Assembly (NCBI GenBank): GCA_051362555.1
Contig: CM120642.1
Location: forward strand, 3,410,001 to 3,474,000
Direction of reading: 5' to 3'
Origin: Lingula anatina
Taxonomy: Eukaryota > Animalia > Brachiopoda
DNA: 64,000 bases
Numbering within the stretch: the first letter of the stretch is position 1; every line of letters starts with the position of its first letter. Under the pieces are notes generated by a model, which searched no databases, was not told the origin of the DNA, and was given only the letters and a program-made list of their open reading frames with translations. Shown one piece after another: positions 55,003 to 64,000 of the stretch. The position numbers were made by a program, and so were the translations under genes.

Positions 55003-58000
55003 ACTAGAGGATCAGAGAGGCGATACCGCCTCCAAATATTGTACCACCAGCTGGAGCAAACGCATTCGTATAGACCCCCACATACACAAAATAAGGGACA
55101 CAGCCACCAGTTTTGTGCTTGACAAGCTGTAAAAATGCAATCAACAAGAATTTTTTAACTATTGCAAAAAATATATATGGTACAATCAAATTTAAGTTCT
55201 TCGTAAGGTAGATCAAGGGTCAATTTCAAGGTCACAGTAAATTGCCAGTATATGACTTCCTATTCAAGTTCAAGAGTAACTATGGACCTATCTCTGTCAA
55301 GTTTGAAGTTAAAAGAGAAAGAAATTAGCAGAGTTCTGTTCATGATAAAAAGTAGGTCAAAGGTCAATTTCAAGGTCACATTTAGATTGCCAGTATAGGA
55401 CTTCCTATTCAACTTCAATAGTAACTATGGACCTATCTCAGCCAGTTTTGGAGATAAAAGGGAAGCAAAATTTGCAAAATTCAGTTCATGGTGAAAAGTA
55501 GGTCAAAGGTCAATTTCAAGGTCACATTTAAATTGCCAGTATATGACTTTCTATTCAAGTTCAATAGTAACTATGGACCTATCTCTGCCAGTTTTGGAGA
55601 TAAAAGGGAAGCAAAATTTGCAAAGTTCAGTTTATGGTGAAAAGTAGGACAAAGGTCAATTTTAATGTCACATTTATAATGCCAGTATATGACTTCCTAT
55701 TCAAGTTCAATAGTAACTACGGACCTATCTCAGCCAGTTTTGGAGATAAAAAGAAAGCAAAATTTGCAAAATTCAGTTCATGGTGTAAAGTAGGTCAAAG
55801 GTCAATTTTAAGGTCACATTTAGATTGCCAGTATATGACTTCCTTTTCAAGTTCAATAGTAACTATAGACCTATCTCAGCCAGTTTTGGAGATAAAAGGG
55901 AAGCAAAATTTGCAAAATTCAGTTCATGGTGTAAAGTAGGTCAAAGGTCAATTTAAAGGTCACATTTAGATTGTCAGTATATGACTTCCTTTTCAAGTTC
56001 AATTGTAACTATGGACCTATCTCTGCCAGTTTTGGAGATAAAAGGGATGCAAAATTTACAAAGTTCAGTTCATGGTGAAAAGTAGGTCAAAGGTCAATTT
56101 CAAGGTCACATTTAGATTGCCAGTATATGACTTCCTATTCAACTTCAATAGTAACTATAGACCTATCTCAGCCAGTTTTGGAGATAAAAGGGAAGCAAAA
56201 TTTGCAAAATTCAGTTCATGGTGTAAAGTAGGTCAAAGGTCAATTTTAAGGTCACATTTAGATTGCCAGTATATGACTTCCTTTTCAAGTTCAATAGTAA
56301 CTATGGACCTATCTCTGCCAGTTTTGGAGATAAAAGGGACGCAAAATTTACAAAGTTCAGTTCATGGTGAAAAGTAGGTCAAAGGTCAATTTCAAGGTCA
56401 CATTTAGATTGCCAGTATATGACTTCCTATTCAAGTTCAATAGTAACTATGGACCTATCTCTGCCAGTTTTGGAGATAAAAGGGAAGCAAAATTTGCAAA
56501 GTTCAGTTTATGGTGAAAAGTAGGTCAAAGGTCAATTTTAAGGTCACATTTAGATTGCCAGTATATGACTTCCTATTCAACTTCAATAGTAACTACGGAC
56601 CTATCTCAGCCAGTTTTGGAGATAAAAGGAAAGCAAAATTTGCAAAATTCAGTTCATGGTGAAAAGTAGGTCAAAGGTCAATTTTAAGGTCACATTTAGA
56701 TTGCCAGTATATGACTTCCTATTCAAGTTCAATAGTAACTATGGACCTATCTCTGCCAGTTTTGGAGATAAAAGGGAAGCAAATTTTGCAAAGTTCAGTT
56801 CATGGTGAAAAGTAGGTCAAAGGTCAATTTTAAGGTCACATTTAGATTGCCTGTATATGACTTTCTATTCAATTCAATAGTAACTACGGACCTATCTCAG
56901 CCAGTTTTGGAGATAAAAGGGAAGAAAAATTTGCAAAGTTCAGTTCATGGTGAAAAGTAGGTCAAAGGTCAATTTCAAGGTCATAGTAAGATTGCCAGTA
57001 TATGACTTCCTATTCAACTTCAATAGTAACTATGGACCTATCTCAGCCAGTTTTGGAGATAAAAGGGAAGCAAAATTTGCAAAATTCAGTTCATGGTGTA
57101 AAGTAGGTCAAAGGTCAATTTAAAGGTCACATTTAGATTGTCAGTATATGACTTCCTTTTCAAGTTCAATAGTAACTATGGACCTATCTCAGCCAGTTTT
57201 GGAGATAAAAGGGAAGCAAAATTTGCAAAATTCAGTTCATGGTGAAAAGTAGGTCAAAGGTCAATTTCAAGGTCACATTTAAATTGCCAGTATATGACTT
57301 TCTATTCAAGTTCAATAGTAACTATGGACCTATCTCTGCCAGTTTTGGAGATAAAAGGGAAGCAAAATTTGCAAAGTTCAGTTTATGGTGAAAAGTAGGA
57401 CAAAGGTCAATTTTAATGTCACATTTATAATGCCAGTATATGACTTCCTATTCAAGTTCAATAGTAACTACGGACCTATCTCAGCCAGTTTTGGAGATAA
57501 AAAGAAAGCAAAATTTGCAAAATTCAGTTCATGGTGTAAAGTAGGTCAAAGGTCAATTTTAAGGTCACATTTAGATTGCCAGTATATGACTTCCTTTTCA
57601 AGTTCAATAGTAACTATAGACCTATCTCAGCCAGTTTTGGAGATAAAAGGGAAGCAAAATTTGCAAAATTCAGTTCATGGTGTAAAGTAGGTCAAAGGTC
57701 AATTTAAAGGTCACATTTAGATTGTCAGTATATGACTTCCTTTTCAAGTTCAATAGTAACTATGGACCTATCTCTGCCAGTTTTGGAGATAAAAGGGATG
57801 CAAAATTTACAAAGTTCAGTTCATGGTGAAAAGTAGGTCAAAGGTCAATTTCAAGGTCACATTTAGATTGCCAGTATATGACTTCCTATTCAACTTCAAT
57901 AGTAACTATAGACCTATCTCAGCCAGTTTTGGAGATAAAAGGGAAGCAAAATTTGCAAAATTCAGTTCATGGTGTAAAGTAGGTCAAAGGTCAATTTTAA

Positions 58001-61000
58001 GGTCACATTTAGATTGCCAGTATATGACTTCCTTTTCAAGTTCAATAGTAACTATGGACCTATCTCTGCCAGTTTTGGAGATAAAAGGGACGCAAAATTT
58101 ACAAAGTTCAGTTCATGGTGAAAAGTAGGTCAAAGGTCAATTTCAAGGTCACATTTAGATTGCCAGTATATGACTTCCTATTCAAGTTCAATAGTAACTA
58201 TGGACCTATCTCTGCCAGTTTTGGAGATAAAAGGGAAGCAAAATTTGCAAAGTTCAGTTTATGGTGAAAAGTAGGTCAAAGGTCAATTTTAAGGTCACAT
58301 TTAGATTGCCAGTATATGACTTCCTATTCAACTTCAATAGTAACTACGGACCTATCTCAGCCAGTTTTGGAGATAAAAGGAAAGCAAAATTTGCAAAATT
58401 CAGTTCATGGTGAAAAGTAGGTCAAAGGTCAATTTTAAGGTCACATTTAGATTGCCAGTATATGACTTCCTATTCAAGTTCAATAGTAACTATGGACCTA
58501 TCTCTGCCAGTTTTGGAGATAAAAGGGAAGCAAATTTTGCAAAGTTCAGTTCATGGTGAAAAGTAGGTCAAAGGTCAATTTTAAGGTCACATTTAGATTG
58601 CCTGTATATGACTTTCTATTCAATTCAATAGTAACTACGGACCTATCTCAGCCAGTTTTGGAGATAAAAGGAAAGCAAAATTTGCAAAATTCAGTTCATG
58701 GTGAAAAGTAGGTCAAAGGTCAATTTTAATGTCACATATAGATTGCCAGTATATGACTTCCTATTCAAGTTCAATAGTAACTACGGACCTATCTCTGCCA
58801 GTTTTGGAGATAAAAGGAAAGCAAAATTTGCAAAATTCAGTTCATGGTGTAAAGTAGGTCAAAGGTCAATTTTAAGGTCACATTTAGATTGCCAGTATAT
58901 GACTTCCTATTCAAGTTCAATAGTAACTATGGACCTATCTCTGCCAGTTTTGGAGATAAAAGGGAAGAAAAATTTGCAAAGTTCAGTTCATGGTGAAAAG
59001 TAGGTCAAAGGTCAATTTCAAGGTCATAGTAAGATTGCCAGTATATGACTTCCTATTCAACTTCAATAGTAACTATGGACCTATCTCAGCCAGTTTTGGA
59101 GATAAAAGGGAAGCAAAATTTGCAAAATTCAGTTCATGGTGTAAAGTAGGTCAAAGGTCAATTTAAAGGTCACATTTAGATTGTCAGTATATGACTTCCT
59201 TTTCAAGTTCAATAGTAACTATGGACCTATCTCTGCCAGTTTTGGAGATAAAAGGGACGCAAAATTTACAAAGTTCAGTTCATGGTGAAAAGTAGGTCAA
59301 AGGTCAATTTCAAGGTCACATTTAGATTGCCAGTATATGACTTCCTATTCAACTTCAATAGTAACTATAGACCTATCTCAGCCAGTTTTGGAGATAAAAG
59401 GGAAGCAAAATTTGCAAAATTCAGTTCATGGTGTAAAGTAGGTCAAAGGTCAATTTTAAGGTCACATTTAGATTGCCAGTATATGACTTCCTTTTCAAGT
59501 TCAATAGTAACTATGGACCTATCTCTGCCAGTTTTGGAGATAAAAGGGCAGAAAAGTTTGCAAAGTTCAGTTCATGGTGAAAAGTAGGTCAAAGGTCAAT
59601 TTCAAGGTCACATTTAGATTGCCAGTATATGACTTCCTATTCAAGTTCAATAGTAACTATGGACCTATCTCTGCCAGTTTTGGAGATAAAAGGGAAGCAA
59701 AATTTGCAAAGTTCAGTTTATGGTGAAAAGTAGGTCAAAGGTCAATTTTAAGGTCACATTTAGATTGCCAGTATATGACTTCCTTTTCAAGTTCAATAGT
59801 AACTATAGACCTATCTCAGCCAGTTTTGGAGATAAAAGGGAAGCAAAATTTGCAAAATTCAGTTCATGGTGTAAAGTAGGTCAAAGGTCAATTTAAAGGT
59901 CACATTTAGATTGTCAGTATATGACTTCCTTTTCAAGTTCAATAGTAACTATGGACCTATCTCTGCCAGTTTTGGAGATAAAAGGGACGCAAAATTTACA
60001 AAGTTCAGTTCATGGTGAAAAGTAGGTCAAAGGTCAATTTCAAGGTCACATTTAGATTGCCAGTATATGACTTCCTATTCAAGTTCAATAGTAACTATGG
60101 ACCTATCTCTGCCAGTTTTGGAGATAAAAGGGAAGCAAAATTTGCAAAGTTCAGTTTATGGTGAAAAGTAGGTCAAAGGTCAATTTTAAGGTCACATTTA
60201 GATTGCCAGTATATGACTTCCTATTCAACTTCAATAGTAACTACGGACCTATCTCAGCCAGTTTTGGAGATAAAAGGAAAGCAAAATTTGCAAAATTCAG
60301 TTCATGGTGAAAAGTAGGTCAAAGGTCAATTTTAAGGTCACATTTAGATTGCCAGTATATGACTTCCTATTCAAGTTCAATAGTAACTATGGACCTATCT
60401 CTGCCAGTTTTGGAGATAAAAGGGAAGCAAATTTTGCAAAGTTCAGTTCATGGTGAAAAGTAGGTCAAAGGTCAATTTTAAGGTCACATTTAGATTGCCT
60501 GTATATGACTTTCTATTCAATTCAATAGTAACTACGGACCTATCTCAGCCAGTTTTGGAGATAAAAGGAAAGCAAAATTTGCAAAATTCAGTTCATGGTG
60601 AAAAGTAGGTCAAAGGTCAATTTTAATGTCACATATAGATTGCCAGTATATGACTTCCTATTCAAGTTCAATAGTAACTACGGACCTATCTCTGCCAGTT
60701 TTGGAGATAAAAGGAAAGCAAAATTTGCAAAATTCAGTTCATGGTGTAAAGTAGGTCAAAGGTCAATTTTAAGGTCACATTTAGATTGCCAGTATATGAC
60801 TTCCTATTCAAGTTCAATAGTAACTATGGACCTATCTCTGCCAGTTTTGGAGATAAAAGGGAAGAAAAATTTGCAAAGTTCAGTTCATGGTGAAAAGTAG
60901 GTCAAAGGTCAATTTCAAGGTCATAGTAAGATTGCCAGTATATGACTTCCTGTTCAACTTCAATAGTAACTATGGACCTATCTCTGCCAGTTTTGGAGAT

Positions 61001-62028
61001 ATAAGGGACCAGATGTTATAATTTTGGAGTTACCATAATGTGCCTTAAATTTCGTACAGAAAAAATTAATTAAAATAAAGAAAATGTCATTTTGGTCAAA
61101 ATTCTTGAAATAGGAGGTGCTCTGAAGTTTCAGAAGTTCAAATTTGATGAAATAATGTCATTTTTGAACACAAGTTGTCTGCTTTGCCAAGCCTTATGTT
61201 TTATTTTTCCAGAGTTCAAAATTTATTATCCATTACCGTACTGCACATTTTGCTTTTACAACCAATATGTACTTTTTGATACAGCGTAACTCGAAAACCG
61301 TATGGAATACAAAAAAACCGAGACCACCTCCAGTGTTGGGCTTTACATGCTCTACAAAATGCAAAAAAGAATGGGTCTCTAGCATTAACGGTTCCCAAAC
61401 TAGAGACGGTTTTCAGTTTCGGTATCTTATGGCCGCTACTCCCGTGAAAATGCACCGATTGACCCCAAATTCATGGAGATGAAAGTTGACCTGAAGGGTA
61501 ACACTTTCCAATAATATTATTGGTTAAGTCTGTGTGGTGTCTGAATAACAGGGCAAAAAAAAATTTTTTCGTAAAAAATTTCATTTTTTTGAAAATTTTG
61601 GCCCATTTGACCTTGAAGTAGAGGTCAAAGGTCAAATCCAAGGGTATATTTGAAATCTACACATATGACTTTTGGAAAGCCGTCTATAGAAATTTTTCCC
61701 ATAACTCCTTCCGTAGGGTAGATAAATAGCATTTAATTTTGCCATTTTTAGACAAGGGTGCATTGCAATGAGTGCCACACCCAGACCCCAATACCGACAA
61801 AGCCCAAATTTTACGTGGAACGAGTTGAGATTATAGGTGACCTAAATCCATGAGATGGGTACGGGGGCCCTTACCGTCTAGGAGGAGAAGCGGTAACGGT
61901 AGCCGTCCGGCGGAGCCAACGGAGCCGGCGGAGCCGGCGGAGCCGGCGGAGCCGGCGGAGCCGGCGGAACGATCCGGACGGGACCGAAACCATGTGTACC
62001 GCCAGCGCTAACGCTGGTGGTACAATTA
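55003..62028 (-). mobile_element. Non-autonomous Helentron-type element, complete copy 3 with expanded array (~7 kb)
   Basis: ACTAG + hairpin + subTIR ATTGTACCACCAGC at left; core, (GGAGCCGGC)n, hairpin and GCTGGTGGTACAAT at right. Near-identical to copy 1. Confidence 0.82.
55205..61010. repeat. 146-bp tandem array (~40 monomers) with higher-order structure
   Basis: Period 146; diagnostic variants recur at 1751, 1897 and 2043 bp. Confidence 0.95.
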
Positions 62029-62656
62029 CCTTTTGGGTCAATACCACGCCCCTCACCACCCTATAGAGACGTTCTCTGCTCCTCTCCCTACCTTGACTGT
62101 GAGACTGTTCCCTTGATAAGCAAGCAAAGGCAGTGGATATAGTGGCAGCAATAGAAATAGGTAGGGTGCCCCATACATGTACTGGTATGAGAAAGTTGGC
62201 GTGATGCAATAATATACTCCTAACATTATGAATGATGCAATACAATACACATTAAAATGCGTGAAGCAAAGCGGGTAGATTTGCTAAACAATGTCATATC
62301 CAATGTTTGAAAAATGAGTGGTAAATATAACATATTTGTTATAATAATAATAGATTAAAATGTATATACAGAGTGGAAGTTCTTATTCGGTACACGAATC
62401 CGCGGGAAAATTGGAAAGATGAAGGTAGTAACATTACACCCTGTCCAATCACTGGATCAGTCCAAGCCATGATGAAATGCAGGCACAAAAGAAAGAGGGG
62501 GTGCAAACGAACCAGTGCCAAAGAACAAACGACACTCAAAATTGCTAAGTACACTAGTATAAGTTCATTGATCACTGATTCAGCCGAAAAATATCGTCTG
62601 CATTAAAAGTTTACGTGTAACGCTAGAATTAAACACAATTTTGAAACAGAACTTAC

Positions 62657-62930
62657 AATTTTCGAGTCTCCAGCCCAATATAGTAGAAATGTTGAATCTA
62701 AATCGTCTGAGTATTCTCCTCCGACCTCTTCATGGTCCGTGTGATGTGGGACATTGTGTTCGATGTTGTCTAGCAGTTAGAAGAACTGTCACGATTGTAG
62801 AACGTGCTTCCGGTTGACCTATATACATTCTCCAAATTAGAAACTCGCTTTAGACATTCAGGTATGATAAGGAACTTGCAATGAAAACGAGGTAAAGCAA
62901 CCGGTTGAGCACGTGATTGTGTTTACTCAA
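62657..62930 (-). promoter_or_regulatory. Candidate promoter and first non-coding exon, possibly of the SLC25A15-like gene
   Basis: CpG-retaining patch with ETS-like CTTCCGGT, E-box CACGTG and TGTTTAC; minus-strand donor GTAAGT at 62651-62656. Confidence 0.35.
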
Positions 62931-63740
62931 CGTTTTTTTTTTGTTAAGACAGTGCACTCCCAATCAAATTTATTTGATATTCATTGTTTTTAATTTAAAT
63001 TAAAGGGAAAATAATGATATTTTTCCATATCTTTACATTTGAATATGCATGGATATTTTTAAATAACATTTTAAAAATAATTTCCCATCTGAAATACAGT
63101 ACTGTATGCATGTGTACTGTAGTGCAATTACATGTATAACACATATGTATGGAAAAAAAGTTTAATATTTCAGAGACAAATACTGGCTACATTTGTCATG
63201 CCAAAGAAGGTATGCTGGTGGATTAACAAGAATAAAAAAACAACAAAATTAGAGTTTGTTTGGCAAAGTTGTATTTTAAAACATACACTGTACATTGTAC
63301 ATGTAGTTACCGGTAGTACTGTACAGTACCAGTATTTAGATAATGTACTGAACTTAAAGAATGAGTGTAATGACTATGTGGTTGTACAAAAAATAAGGGG
63401 GTGACAGGAGGATGATTTAAATGTTAGGTGTTTGAGCATACTGAGTATATATGGCCAGTATTGACAAATTTTTTATCAAAATGCTCCATTTTTTCTATTT
63501 GGTTTTTAAACTTCAAATAATTACTAGTACTGTATTTGTTGTCCTCTTGAAAAAAATTACTACAGCGTATTAAGTACTAGAAACAAAGTTTAATTTTATT
63601 TGATAGTTAAATTATCAGAAGAATACACATCTGAGTCATCTTTTTTGGCAACATACACATTTTGGCCGGACACATTTACAAACCTTAACCTACAGCATAA
63701 ATAGTTAAAAGCTTTACAAGTCGGGACTGTAATACAGTAG

Positions 63741-63783
63741 GTGTAACCAGGGAATTATATCGGATATAATTCCCTGGTGTAAC
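63741..63783. mobile_element. 29-bp palindrome flanked by 7-bp direct repeats (TIR-only remnant or excision footprint)
   Basis: GTGTAAC-CAGGGAATTATATC-G-GATATAATTCCCTG-GTGTAAC. Confidence 0.6.
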
Positions 63784-63844
63784 AAACTACATATATGTCA
63801 CAACACCATCCCCAAGTCTGTTAGTAAGCAGATGGGGGCCGTAG

Positions 63845-64000
63845 CAATAGTCCGAAGGTTCAATAGTCCGAAGGTTCATTGTTCCAAATATTCACTATAG
63901 AACCTTCGGACCAATGAACCCTTGATTAAAAAATCGATGAAAATGTTACCACTTTTCGGACCAATGATCCTTCGGACCAATTGATGAACCTTCGGACTAT
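63845..64000. mobile_element. Foldback/MITE-like element built from inverted ~16-bp subrepeats, cut by the window end
   Basis: CAATAGTCCGAAGGTT twice on the left; several AACCTTCGGAC(T/C)A copies in the opposite orientation on the right. Confidence 0.55.

Noticed and set aside
55205-61010. CRISPR-like regular array
   Set aside because: Whole monomers repeat with no unique spacers; eukaryotic context and no cas genes.

Overview
AT-rich, intron-rich animal genomic DNA, probably a marine invertebrate (taxon inferred, not determined). Three spliced genes can be rebuilt from GT-AG exons with consistent phases. (1) A CDK5RAP2/centrosomin-family gene on the minus strand: ATG at 22900, 23 exons down to 3090, continuing off the left edge. 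(2) URM1 on the plus strand (23200-26550, 100 aa), head-to-head with it across about 300 bp. (3) An SLC25A15-type mitochondrial ornithine carrier on the minus strand (49941-53003, 323 aa). Three copies of one non-autonomous Helentron-type (HINE/DINE-1-like) element each carry a central 146-bp tandem array of about 13, 10 and 40 monomers. The monomer is packed with AGGTCA nuclear-receptor-type motifs, and the largest array shows higher-order block duplication. A three-copy ~1.6-kb tandem repeat (43360-48145) starts right after a second HINE-like terminus; each unit holds two Pol III-like A-box/B-box/oligo-T cassettes, one with an atypical tRNA-like fold. This is the best candidate for something undescribed. 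Also present: a CR1/L2-type LINE 3' fragment, several MITE-like inverted repeats, a perfect 75-bp hairpin in the probable SLC25A15 3' UTR, and a 29-bp palindrome between 7-bp direct repeats resembling a transposon excision footprint. Everything was read by eye; no searches were run.
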